Positions 28,832 through 38,275 of a stretch of DNA of 64,000 nt are shown piece by piece. The position numbers were made by a program, and so were the translations under genes. The stretch lies in IMG/VR virus record IMGVR_UViG_3300045961_000282, positions 142,258-206,257 of that record. One strand, written 5' to 3'. Position 1 is the first letter of the stretch, and each line of letters starts with the position of its first letter. Under the pieces are notes generated by a model that had not been told where the DNA came from, ran no database searches, and saw nothing but the letters and a program-made list of their open reading frames with translations.

Positions 28832-29110
28832 TTGCTTCCTCCTTGGTGGTCGTCGTTGTGGTACAACCATACCACCGCATTAGTAGTGATGTCCAACTGG
28901 CTGGGTGATCGCAGACCCTCGCGCCTCACGTGTGCGCGCGACCGGCGGGCCGGGCTACGGACTAGCCCGCCGAGTTTGTGTCAGACCCCCGTCGCATGAT
29001 GGAGGCACAACAGAACAGGGAGCACGGATTATGCGATCCGCACTAGGTTGTGTATTGTTATCCATGTGAACAGGGACAGGCCCTGATCCGCTCAGTAGGA
29101 AGGACTCGCC

Positions 29111-29344
29111 ATGAGGCCCCGTCGCACGATCACCTTCTCCACCCACACGCCGATCCGCGTGAACGCCTTGGAGGCGTACATGCCCTTCGTCGTCGAGACC
29201 TCGCCCATCGGCCCGGCCTACGCCGTGACCATGGCGCCGACCGCGACCCTCAACGGACTCGACGATGAGGACACCCGTCGCGGGATCGTCTGCCCGCTCT
29301 GCTTCGTGGAGCAGGGACTCACGGGAGTCTGCGACTCCCACTAG
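29111..29344 (+). CDS. Small Zn-binding protein
   Basis: CPLCF..GVCD; hairpin leader. Confidence 0.7.
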   Translation: MRPRRTITFSTHTPIRVNALEAYMPFVVETSPIGPAYAVTMAPTATLNGLDDEDTRRGIVCPLCFVEQGLTGVCDSH

Positions 29345-29428
29345 GGGGGAGGGGCCGGTTTGACAAAGGCCGGCCCCAACCCTCATACTTGAACTACTAC
29401 CGAACACCACCACTAGGAGGAACCCAGA

Positions 29429-29956
29429 ATGACCGAGAACACCACCACCACCCCCGCCGTCGCTGACGCCCTTGTCGCCGCGGCCACCGCCCCCACGACC
29501 CCCGTGGTCGTCCCCACCGCCCTGTCGCCCGAGGCGCAGGCGTACCTCGACGCGATCAACGCGCCGGGCGTGAACGTCCTGCACGTCGCGTGGGTGTCGC
29601 CCGAGAAGAAGGTCGCTGCCGCGTTCCGTGGGCACGTCCTGACCAAGGAGTCCACCGCGACGGTCATGACCGGCGTGGAGTACCAGAGCCTGTCGGTCAA
29701 CAACGACCGCGAAACGGGGGAACTCCCGTGGGGCGAGTGGGTGCCCGAGCACTACCCGTACCTGATCCAGCACAAGGGATCGTTCTACGCCCGGCTCTAC
29801 ACGGTGGACGGCACGATCCGCACCACCTACAAGATCGACGGGCGGATCGTGAAGCGCGAGGACTACCTCGCCATGCTGGTGCCCAGCGCCCGCGAGCCCA
29901 AGCGCCCGAACGGCGGGTGCATCACGGTTCACGTTGAGGGCTTGACCGTTTTGTAG
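29429..29956 (+). CDS. Hypothetical protein (LPWGEW motif)
   Basis: Own promoter, AGGAGG RBS. Confidence 0.8.
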   Translation: MTENTTTTPAVADALVAAATAPTTPVVVPTALSPEAQAYLDAINAPGVNVLHVAWVSPEKKVAAAFRGHVLTKESTATVMTGVEYQSLSVNNDRETGELPWGEWVPEHYPYLIQHKGSFYARLYTVDGTIRTTYKIDGRIVKREDYLAMLVPSAREPKRPNGGCITVHVEGLTVL

Positions 29957-30042
29957 CGGGATGGCACGGGGGGCCGATTGCCACGGCGTCGGCCCCCCGT
30001 GCTATGATTCACCCATCACCACCACCACGAAGGAGAATGACC

Positions 30043-30390
30043 ATGGGAAACACAACCACGCAAGGACTGGCCGAGGCTGTGGCCGAGGGCATCGCGTCGC
30101 GGCGACAGGCCCTGACGGCCCACGTCACGACCGGCTTCTTTCCACCGCTTCCCCGCGAGTACGTCGCCGTGGCCGAGGCCGTGCTCGACGCGCTGGAGGA
30201 CGCCGGGGTCGTTGAGGACGACGACTTGGGATGGGACGTGATCGACCCGAGCGTCTGGCAGCGCGATATCGACCTGCCCGCGCTGAACCCGATGCCGCGC
30301 GAGGCGCGCGTCTACGACGACGGCACGGGCACCGCCACGGTCGCCGCCCTGTTCCGCGCCCTGCGGCTGGAGTACCTCGTCGGCGTCTGA
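30043..30390 (+). CDS. Hypothetical protein
   Basis: Canonical leader. Confidence 0.75.
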   Translation: MGNTTTQGLAEAVAEGIASRRQALTAHVTTGFFPPLPREYVAVAEAVLDALEDAGVVEDDDLGWDVIDPSVWQRDIDLPALNPMPREARVYDDGTGTATVAALFRALRLEYLVGV

Positions 30391-30444
30391 CCGGCCCAAG
30401 GAACGCCCTCACCACGGTGGGGGCGTTTCTGCATGTCTGGACCC

Positions 30445-30735
30445 ATGACGGCCACTAGCCTGCCGCCTATGGACACCCCCAACGTCGTCAAAACCGTTGT
30501 CGCCGCCGTCATGGCCGCGGGCGGCGCCTTCCTGCTGGCATGGGAGGACGGCGTGATTGAGCCGTCCGAGTGGAGCACGATCCTGCTGGCGGGCTTCTCT
30601 GTGCTCACGGGCGGCGCCGCGCTAGCCGAACGATCCCGCGCCGAGAACGCCGAGGGCGAGGTGCTGCGCCTACGGATGCGCGAGGTGGCAGACTCGCCCA
30701 TGCCCGAGGACACCGAGACGAAGGAAGCCCAATGA
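30445..30735 (+). CDS. Two-TM membrane protein, holin-like
   Basis: KTVVAAV...DGVIEPSEW..ILLA resembles actinophage holin N-termini. Confidence 0.5.
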   Translation: MTATSLPPMDTPNVVKTVVAAVMAAGGAFLLAWEDGVIEPSEWSTILLAGFSVLTGGAALAERSRAENAEGEVLRLRMREVADSPMPEDTETKEAQ

Positions 30736-31079
30736 CCGACGACACGACGACCACTGAGGCCCCCGAGGCCCCCGCAGGCGACTCCTTCGAGGTGTCCATG
30801 CGCGCCGGAGACGACACGCGCACCGTCGCCTTCGCGGGGCGTGCGCTGTTCCGCGACGTGCGCCTGACGTGGGTGGCCGAGGTGCGTTCCGATGGCATCG
30901 CCATCCACCCGACCTATGACGGCGAGGCCCCCGAGGGCGCCGAGGCGCTGCTCGACGGCATGGCCGACATTCTGGGCCGCACCGTGGCGCAGGCCAACGC
31001 AAGCGCCGCCAACGCCTACCGGGCCGCCATCACCGAGTCGCTGGGCGAACTCACGGTGCAGCGGGCGCTGTTCCTGTGA
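30732..31079 (+). CDS. Hypothetical protein
   Basis: ATGA coupling. Confidence 0.65.
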   Translation: MTDDTTTTEAPEAPAGDSFEVSMRAGDDTRTVAFAGRALFRDVRLTWVAEVRSDGIAIHPTYDGEAPEGAEALLDGMADILGRTVAQANASAANAYRAAITESLGELTVQRALFL

Positions 31080-31375
31080 GCCGCTCCATGCTGCTTGCCA
31101 TGCTGATCGGCGCGCTTCTGGCCGTCACGGTCTCCATCGTGCTGGTGCGCGTCCTCGCGTAACGCGCGCGCGACCGGCGGCCCTCGAGGGTCCCGAGGAT
31201 TTGGGGATCCCTAAACTCGACGAGTTCGAGGCTTCGTATGGTTCGCGCCGAGTTGTGTCATGCCCTCGATGCACACTGGTGGAACAACAGAACAGCGGGA
31301 CGGTCGATTGGACTTGCATCACCCCATCCCGTAAACTAGTTGCTACAACAACCACCACAACAGAAAGGCGCTGAC

Positions 31376-31663
31376 ATGAACGAGCCGACCATCACCGGAG
31401 TCATCTCCGAGGGCACCCTGCGCAACTCCGACCTGATCCCGGCGTTCGCCCGTGTGCTGGCCACACTGGACCCCAACCACCCGAGCGGGCCGGAGTTCGT
31501 GGTCCAGATCGAGAAGATCGCCCGCACGGCGGCGTGGGACTCCGAGGAGGCTGACTTCCTCCTCGCTGACCTGCAGGACGGAATCGCCGAGGCGATGCCC
31601 GAGGGCTGGCACTTCGGTACCCACGAGGGCGACGGGGCGTGCTTCGGGATCTTTCAGGACTGA
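31376..31663 (+). CDS. Small phage protein (SEGTLR..DL...FG.HEGDGACFG)
   Basis: Canonical leader. Confidence 0.8.
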   Translation: MNEPTITGVISEGTLRNSDLIPAFARVLATLDPNHPSGPEFVVQIEKIARTAAWDSEEADFLLADLQDGIAEAMPEGWHFGTHEGDGACFGIFQD

Positions 31664-31752
31664 TCCCCACCACAGCGGGCCGATCTGACAAGGGTCGGCC
31701 CGCTGTGGTATGCTTGATCCACAACAACCACCACTACCGAAAGGAATCACTC

Positions 31753-32013
31753 ATGCAGTTCACTGACACCTACTTCGAGGGGCGCATCGGCACCACGCTC
31801 GTCATCTTCGACTCGATCTACGAGGTCGAGTTCGACATCTCCACGGGTGACGTGGAAGGCCTGCGCTTGCAGGGGGAGTCCGTCGACTTCGACCACGCCC
31901 TGCTCGCCATCCTGTCCGAGACGGTCGACTTCGAGCGGATCGGCGACCGGCTGATCGACGCACTGGAAGCAGCCAAGGCCGATATCGAGGCCGCGCTCAA
32001 CGAGGGCGACTGA
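31753..32013 (+). CDS. Acidic hypothetical protein
   Basis: Canonical leader. Confidence 0.75.
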   Translation: MQFTDTYFEGRIGTTLVIFDSIYEVEFDISTGDVEGLRLQGESVDFDHALLAILSETVDFERIGDRLIDALEAAKADIEAALNEGD

Positions 32014-32015
32014 CC

Positions 32016-32378
32016 ATGCTCAACACTCCGAGCGACCGCGCCATCGCGGCCAACGCGATGCTGCACTGCGCCCTGTGGTCATCCACGGACGAGGACAGTG
32101 AGCCGCTGGATGCGTCCTACGACCCGCGCGACATCGCGCCCGCCACGGTGGCGGCGCTGACGGGCGACCTGTTCGACTTCATCGACGCCGAGATTGCCGA
32201 CCTGATCGACCTTGACGCCAGTCAGGTCGGCCATGACTTCTGGCTCACGCGGAACCACCACGGAGCCGGATTCTGGGACCGTGGACTGGGCGAGGTCGGC
32301 AAGCGCCTGACCACGGCCGCGCAGGCGTTCGGCGAGGTCACCCTCTACATCGGCGACGACGGCTGGATCTACGCCTGA
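32016..32378 (+). CDS. Small phage protein (GHDFWLTRNHHGAGFWDR)
   Basis: Conserved-looking motif; operonic. Confidence 0.8.
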   Translation: MLNTPSDRAIAANAMLHCALWSSTDEDSEPLDASYDPRDIAPATVAALTGDLFDFIDAEIADLIDLDASQVGHDFWLTRNHHGAGFWDRGLGEVGKRLTTAAQAFGEVTLYIGDDGWIYA

Positions 32379-32443
32379 CTTGACGAAACTCGGGCTGACA
32401 AGGTAAGGTTGTACCAACACCACAACGACGAAAGGAAACAACA

Positions 32444-32776
32444 GTGATTCTTCCCGAGATCAACAAGAGGCGCCGCGGCCATCGGTTCTACCCGATCTGG
32501 ACCGACGAGGTGCCCGCCCTACGCAGCACCGAGGGTCAGGATGACCCGATGGTCCGCGCCCACTACTTCGTGGGCTCGTGGGACTGGTACGTCGTCGAGT
32601 GGGACCCCGAGACGGGCGAGGCGTTCGGCTTCGTCAAGGGCCTCGATGAGGAACTGGGCTACTTCTCGCTGGTCGAGATGGAGGCCACCCTCGCCCGCGG
32701 CCTGTTCCCCATCGAGCGTGACCTCTACTGGGACCCGGTGCCGCTGAGCACCATCACCCGAACGGTGCGTGCCTGA
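32444..32776 (+). CDS. DUF2958-family protein
   Basis: HYF..SWDWY..E......FG.V...ELGYFSL.E...IERDLY. Confidence 0.85.
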   Translation: MILPEINKRRRGHRFYPIWTDEVPALRSTEGQDDPMVRAHYFVGSWDWYVVEWDPETGEAFGFVKGLDEELGYFSLVEMEATLARGLFPIERDLYWDPVPLSTITRTVRA

Positions 32777-32833
32777 CCCCACGCGCAAAGGCCCCCCGCA
32801 TCCGACATGGGATGCGGGGGGCCTTTGCCGTGC

Positions 32834-33001
32834 CTAACCCTTGGGCAGGATGCGGGTCATCTTCGTGCCGCACGCCGGACAGGTCCCCTTGGCCAAGCGA
32901 GTGGTCCGGTTGCCCTTCACCGACAACTCGATGGCACCCGTGAACTCCCGCTTCGCCTTGCACTTCACGCAGTAGGCCTCGCCTGTGTAGGTGTCGCTCA
33001 T
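32834..33001 (-). CDS. DUF5679-family Zn-ribbon protein
   Basis: EAYCVKCKAKRE...KGTCPACGTKMTRIL. Confidence 0.85.
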   Translation of the reverse strand: MSDTYTGEAYCVKCKAKREFTGAIELSVKGNRTTRLAKGTCPACGTKMTRILPKG

Positions 33002-33156
33002 CAGCATCTCCTTCGTGTGTGCGTGCACACTACACGCGCGCGCGACCGGCTCGAGCCGCCGCCGGAGCCTCACCAGACCTCGATTGGGTGGGTGTCCTAG
33101 CGGCGTGCTATGCTTTGCAGGCAACAACCACCAACACAACCTGAAAGGAGAACAAC

Positions 33157-33348
33157 ATGACTCGACTTCCCGCAGGAGGAGAAACTCCCGCAGAGCGCAT
33201 CGCCGTCCTTGAGGAGTTCATGGCGCTGGAGGAGCAGATTGCTCCCGCCGCGGACCCTGCCGCTCGCATGGAGGCGCTGCTGCTACTCGATGCCATGTCC
33301 GGGGGACTACCCCGGCACCCCAATGCCGCTGGCCCCCTGAACGTCTGA
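33157..33348 (+). CDS. Hypothetical protein
   Basis: Canonical leader GAAAGGAG. Confidence 0.65.
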   Translation: MTRLPAGGETPAERIAVLEEFMALEEQIAPAADPAARMEALLLLDAMSGGLPRHPNAAGPLNV

Positions 33349-33446
33349 GAGCACGACGCAGCGGATTTGCAAGATTTCGCTGCGTCGTGCTAGTGTTATT
33401 CCATAACCACCTAGCAACACCACCACCACCTGAAAGGATCACCACC

Positions 33447-35969
33447 ATGACCACTGCTGCTGACCGCGCCAAGGCGCTCGCCGCGAAGTACGCCGCCACC
33501 ACGAGTGAGCGCCAGCATGACCAGAACTTCATCCGCGACTTCGTGGGCGTGTTCACCGACCGCGACCCCGCGGACATCTTCCGGTTCCAGTACCCCGTCG
33601 AGACCCCGCGCGGCACGACTGGCGCGATCGACGCCCTGTGGGAGAGCCACATCCTGTTCGAGATGAAGTCGGCGGGCAAGGACCTGCACGCAACCCTCAA
33701 GGATCAGGTGCGCCCCTACGTCGCCCATCTGGCCCCGGCGAAGCACCCGCAGATGTACATCATCAGCGACTTCCAGAACTTCCTCGTCGTGGACCCCGAC
33801 GGCACCAAGCACGAGTTCCCACTGGCGGACCTGCACGCCCACGTGTCCCTGTTCACCCCGATCTTCGACGGCCTCCCGGCCTACCTGCGCAGCCACGGCA
33901 CCGTGAACGAGCAGGCGGCATCGCTGCTGAGCGCGGTCCTCAAGGGCCTGCGGAAGAACGGCTACTCCGAGACGGACCTGCCCGCGCTGGCCACCCGGTT
34001 GCTGTTCGCCCTGTACGCCGACGACAACTACGTCTGGAAGAACGGCACGTTCCACGGCGACGTGCTGGGCACCCCGGCTGACGGGGCCACCCTTGGCCGT
34101 GTGATCGACGGCATCTTCCGACTGCTCGACAGCCCGAACGCCGACGCAACAGACTACTGCTACATCAACGGCAGCATGTTCGCCGGGGACATCGCGGTGC
34201 CCGTGTTCGACGCGGATACCCGTGAGGCGCTGCTGGAGGCCTGCGAGTACGACTGGCGCGGCTTGGACCCGATGATCTTCGGGACGATCTACCAGTCAGC
34301 GATGGACGCCGACGAGCGCCACGCGGAGGGCGCGCACTACACCCACGAGCAGGACATCCTCGACGTGCTGGGTCCGGCGTTCCTCGACAACCTGAAGGCG
34401 CAGTATGCCGCCGCACAGGGGAGCGCGACCAAGTTGCGCAACTTCCTCAAGCGCCTGTCGGAGATCGAGGTCCTCGACCCGTCGTGTGGATCGGGCAACT
34501 TCCTCATGGTGGCCTACCGCGAGTTGCGCGCGCTGGAGACCGCCGCGTCGCTCGACCTCGCGGCGGGCGGCGCCAAGACGATCCCGGCGCAGCGCGTGTC
34601 ACTGGCGCAGTTCCACGGCATCGAGTACAACGCCCTGTCGGCATCGGTGGCCCGCACGAGCCTGTGGCTCACGCTGCACGCCGCCGATCAGCGGCACACC
34701 GAGGCAATGGGCGAGTTGATGTGGGACACGTTCCCGCTCAAGGACGTGGCCGACATCCGGCACGCGAACGCGGTCACGACCGACTGGAACGCCGAGTTCC
34801 CGAACCTGACGGCCATCGTCGGCAACCCGCCGTACATCAGCGCGAAGAAGGAGCGCGACGGCGGACAGAATGCCCAGCAGGTCGCGGAACGCAAGGCGCT
34901 GGGCATCAAGGGCGGGATGATGGACTACGCCCACATCTGGATGGTCAAGTCTGCGCAGTACATCGCCGAGTTCCCCGATACCCGGTCAGGTCTCGTGGTG
35001 ACGGATTCCGTCGCACAGGGCACGCAGGCATCGGGCCTGTGGTCACACCCGGCCATGCAGGACGTGTACCCGATCTTCGGGCGGCAGTCCTACGTCTGGC
35101 CCGGCGATGCATCGGTGCGCGTGGTGAACTACGGCCTTGGCTCCAAGCCTGAGGCAGTCGAGTTGCGCGCCGAGGATCGCAGCATGATCCCGGCTGCCTA
35201 CCTGACCCCCTACCTCACGCCGACCGACATCCCCTCGCGGGCCACGGCCAACGTGTCGCGCACGGCCCCGGCGTGGATGGTGAACCTGAAGAACGGTACT
35301 TCGTATGCCGACTTCGGCCACTACGCCAAGTTGGGCGACGACCTCGCGGTCATCCAGCGCGACCATCCCGAGATGCTGGTGAACAAGGTGTCATCCTCGA
35401 ACCTGCTGTCAGGCAAGGATGATCCGGTGCTGTGGTTCGGAAACCGAACCTCGAAGGCTGTGGCTCACAAGGCCATCGCGCCACGGCGCGAGGCTGTGCG
35501 GATCAAGCGTGGCGCCGGGCACCCGAAGGGACCGGAGTGGGTTCCGTCGTCCGTGGTCACCGGGACGTTCATGGTGGTGCCCGCGACGTTCAGCAAGAGT
35601 TACGAGCGCACGCCCGTCGTGATCCTGTCGGGCACGAACTACATGACCCAGAAGGTCTACTACGCCCCGGTGGATTGGTTCATGGCCGGGCTGGTCATGT
35701 CCAAGCGCGCGATGGACGCCCAGATCGCAGGCGGCAGCAAGATGGGCAAGGGCGGCGACGTTCAGTACGGCACCGGCTACCTGTACGGGATGCCTGCCCC
35801 GACCAACGACACCCCCGAGTTGCGGGCCAAGATCGCGGCCAAGGCACAGGAGTGCATCGCCGCCCGGCCCGGCCCGGCAGCCGAGTGCATGAAGGTCACC
35901 AACATGCCCGAGTCGCTGGCGAAGTTGCACCGCGAGTTGGACGCGCTGGTCGATGAGTGGTGGGGCTGA
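33447..35969 (+). CDS. MmeI-like type IIL restriction-modification enzyme (REase-MTase-TRD fusion)
   Basis: IDALW...FEMKS (PD-ExK), RLLF..ADD, GAHYT, LDPSCGSGNFL (motif I), VGNPPY (motif IV). Confidence 0.9.
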   Translation: MTTAADRAKALAAKYAATTSERQHDQNFIRDFVGVFTDRDPADIFRFQYPVETPRGTTGAIDALWESHILFEMKSAGKDLHATLKDQVRPYVAHLAPAKHPQMYIISDFQNFLVVDPDGTKHEFPLADLHAHVSLFTPIFDGLPAYLRSHGTVNEQAASLLSAVLKGLRKNGYSETDLPALATRLLFALYADDNYVWKNGTFHGDVLGTPADGATLGRVIDGIFRLLDSPNADATDYCYINGSMFAGDIAVPVFDADTREALLEACEYDWRGLDPMIFGTIYQSAMDADERHAEGAHYTHEQDILDVLGPAFLDNLKAQYAAAQGSATKLRNFLKRLSEIEVLDPSCGSGNFLMVAYRELRALETAASLDLAAGGAKTIPAQRVSLAQFHGIEYNALSASVARTSLWLTLHAADQRHTEAMGELMWDTFPLKDVADIRHANAVTTDWNAEFPNLTAIVGNPPYISAKKERDGGQNAQQVAERKALGIKGGMMDYAHIWMVKSAQYIAEFPDTRSGLVVTDSVAQGTQASGLWSHPAMQDVYPIFGRQSYVWPGDASVRVVNYGLGSKPEAVELRAEDRSMIPAAYLTPYLTPTDIPSRATANVSRTAPAWMVNLKNGTSYADFGHYAKLGDDLAVIQRDHPEMLVNKVSSSNLLSGKDDPVLWFGNRTSKAVAHKAIAPRREAVRIKRGAGHPKGPEWVPSSVVTGTFMVVPATFSKSYERTPVVILSGTNYMTQKVYYAPVDWFMAGLVMSKRAMDAQIAGGSKMGKGGDVQYGTGYLYGMPAPTNDTPELRAKIAAKAQECIAARPGPAAECMKVTNMPESLAKLHRELDALVDEWWG

Positions 35970-36240
35970 CCTACCCCACGCCCCCGAAACCCCCCGGTTC
36001 CCCTGTGGAGCCGGGGGGTTTTGCGTGCTCGCCTCACGCGTACGCGCGCGCGACCGGCAACCCTCGAGCGTTGATCGAGACTCCTCGAGACTCCTCCGGG
36101 AGGCCGTATGGTTCGCCGCCGGTGTTTGTGTCAGACCCCTGCCGCACACTGCCTGCACCAAACAGGATTTGGCGCAGGCAGGAAACTGCTGCTATGCTTG
36201 ACCCACAACAGCACGACCACCACTACCGAAAGGACACACC

Positions 36241-36636
36241 ATGACCACACATGCCGTTGCCCTCCCCGATGCGACCCTCGACCGGATCGCCGACGACCGC
36301 TCGATTGCCTACCGCTGGGAGCGCCCCGACGTTGACGTGCCCGACAAGATGGACGACCACGGCGTCCGGTACGCGGAGTTGTACGTCTACCACTCCAAGC
36401 ACAGCAAGGAGTACGTCGCGATGCTGCACATCATCGACGTGTTCCCGGGGTGGATCCAGTCGCACATCTCCCCGCGCCACGGCATCACGATCCTCAAGCG
36501 CCCCGTTGCGCGTCACAGCGCCAAGGCGCTGCAGCAGCACGCCAACGAGGCCATGCAGGTGATGATCGACCACATGGACGACAGCCGCGTGGCGACCCTG
36601 TTCAGCGGCCACCCGCTGCCGGACTCCCGCGCCTGA
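36241..36636 (+). CDS. Hypothetical protein
   Basis: Canonical leader. Confidence 0.75.
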   Translation: MTTHAVALPDATLDRIADDRSIAYRWERPDVDVPDKMDDHGVRYAELYVYHSKHSKEYVAMLHIIDVFPGWIQSHISPRHGITILKRPVARHSAKALQQHANEAMQVMIDHMDDSRVATLFSGHPLPDSRA

Positions 36637-36720
36637 TCCCACCACGGAGGGCCGATTCGACAAGGGTCGGCTCCCCGTGGTAAGGTTCTACCAACACCAC
36701 AACGACGAAAGGACACCGAC

Positions 36721-37047
36721 ATGAGCACGACGATCATCACGTTCGGCCCCGACCAGCGCCCCGAGCCCGGCGCCTACTTCGTGATTCGCGGCTGCGACCA
36801 CGAGGCCGCCCGTGCCATCGCGTTCGCCCTGTTCGGCCCCGAGTTCTGCACGTCCTACGACGGCGACTCCGAGCGCGGGGCGAACATCCTCGACAACCCC
36901 GAGCGCACCATGATCGGCGGCGTCGAGGTTCACCTGCCCCCGACCGGCGACCTGCCCGGCGAGTCCTCGCCGCTCATCGACGCCATGCGCCGCGGCGAGG
37001 CCCTGTTCATCGACGAGGCTGTCCTGACTGACGGGGACGACCAGTGA
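36721..37047 (+). CDS. Hypothetical protein
   Basis: Canonical leader. Confidence 0.75.
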   Translation: MSTTIITFGPDQRPEPGAYFVIRGCDHEAARAIAFALFGPEFCTSYDGDSERGANILDNPERTMIGGVEVHLPPTGDLPGESSPLIDAMRRGEALFIDEAVLTDGDDQ

Positions 37048-37610
37048 CCCGCCGCCTGAGCGAGTTCGCCAGCAACGGCGCCAACCGCTCGTGGAAGGTC
37101 GAGGACGACGGGCGGACCACGACGGTCACCCTGTGGACCATCGCGCTGCACGAGCCGACGTGTCGGTTCGCCAAGACCAACAGCCGCGGCGGGCCGTATC
37201 AGGTCCACGACTACCTGCCCAACTACGGGCAGGACAACCTGAACTGGCTCAAGGTGCGCGGCGTGGACGGCCCGGCAGCCAGCGACCGCACCGTCGCGTG
37301 GACCGGCTGCAAGGTGTGCGGCACCGCCTCCATTCCCCGCGCTGAGTGGGGGGCGATGGTCGACGTCATGCGCGACGAGTGGGCCGAGGCCGACCGCCGC
37401 GAGCGGCTCGAGTACGCGGCCAAGCGAGCCGTCGAGGATGCCCGCGACGCCCGCAACCGCTACATCGCTGAGGCCGAGGCCGATGCCTACGACGCGGAGT
37501 TCCGCGACACAGTGGAGGCCCGCATGGCCGTGGTCCGTGCTGCCGCCCGCGCCAAGTGGGAGGCCGACAACGCCGAACTGGCGATGCTGCTGGGGGGCGA
37601 CCATGCGTGA
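37044..37610 (+). CDS. Hypothetical protein (HxxxC...CxxC plus coiled coil)
   Basis: GTGA coupling. Confidence 0.75.
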   Translation: MTRRLSEFASNGANRSWKVEDDGRTTTVTLWTIALHEPTCRFAKTNSRGGPYQVHDYLPNYGQDNLNWLKVRGVDGPAASDRTVAWTGCKVCGTASIPRAEWGAMVDVMRDEWAEADRRERLEYAAKRAVEDARDARNRYIAEAEADAYDAEFRDTVEARMAVVRAAARAKWEADNAELAMLLGGDHA

Positions 37611-37803
37611 GCGCCCCGGCCCGTCGTGGCCGTCGTTCTCCTTCGGCCTGCTGGTGCTGGTCGCCCTGCTCGTCACGGCGATGTACCGCGCTGAGCAGCG
37701 GCACCTGACCGAGACCCGCGACATGTGTCTGGCCGCAGCGGACACCGAGTACCAGAAGGACTCGTGCATCCGCGAGTACGAGATCAACTCCGGCTGGTTC
37801 TGA
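37603..37803 (+). CDS. Small membrane protein
   Basis: One TM segment, overlap coupling. Confidence 0.6.
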   Translation: MRERPGPSWPSFSFGLLVLVALLVTAMYRAEQRHLTETRDMCLAAADTEYQKDSCIREYEINSGWF

Positions 37804-37861
37804 GTCCCGACGGGGATTTGACAGAACCGACGGGGAGCGCATATGCTTTTACTAGAAGCGG

Positions 37862-37933
37862 ATCCGAGAGCGCAGGTTGAGCCGGACGGTCTCCAAAACC
37901 GTCTTCGTGAGAGTTCGAATCTCTCCTCGGGTG
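37862..37933 (+). tRNA. tRNA-Trp(CCA), CCA end not encoded
   Basis: Acceptor ATCCGAG/CTCGGGT, anticodon arm ACGGT-CTCCAAA-ACCGT, T arm GAGAG-TTCGAAT-CTCTC; atypical D arm; TTGACA/TATGCT promoter upstream. Confidence 0.85.
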
Positions 37934-37942
37934 CTGGCGCGA

Positions 37943-38036
37943 GTCAGGCGCGGAATCGGCAGCGAATGAGTCTGCAACGGCGCTGAAAGCCGAGAAAAGG
38001 GTCCCCTCGACCGCAGACCGGGGGGACCTGCCTGAC
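37943..38036 (+). ncRNA. Candidate three-way-junction RNA with loop-loop pseudoknot
   Basis: P1 37943-50/38029-36; P2 37956-64/37981-93; P3 38000-09/38019-28; loops GTCTGC and GCAGAC are complementary. Confidence 0.55.
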
Positions 38037-38068
38037 ACCACCATCACCATCACGACGAAAGGAGCGAC

Positions 38069-38272
38069 ATGATGAAGGTCACGCACGGGATCCCCGTGCT
38101 CAACGGCAGGATCGAACTGAGCATCGACGAGTTCGACGGCACGCCGATCATCAAGATCCGCAGCGATGAGGACTGCTGCGACGACCAGACCATCCTGCAC
38201 CTGAACGACAGTCAGGCTCGAATCCTGCTGGCGAGCCTGCGGATGGCGCTGCGCGACCTGAAGGAGGGCTGA
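38069..38272 (+). CDS. Hypothetical protein
   Basis: Canonical leader. Confidence 0.7.
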   Translation: MMKVTHGIPVLNGRIELSIDEFDGTPIIKIRSDEDCCDDQTILHLNDSQARILLASLRMALRDLKEG

Positions 38273-38275
38273 GCA

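Noticed and set aside
37934-38036. HDV-like theta ribozyme, hammerhead or cyclic-dinucleotide riboswitch assignment for the post-tRNA RNA
   Set aside because: The required nested pseudoknot and CUGANGA or aptamer consensus could not be fitted by eye; kept as unassigned
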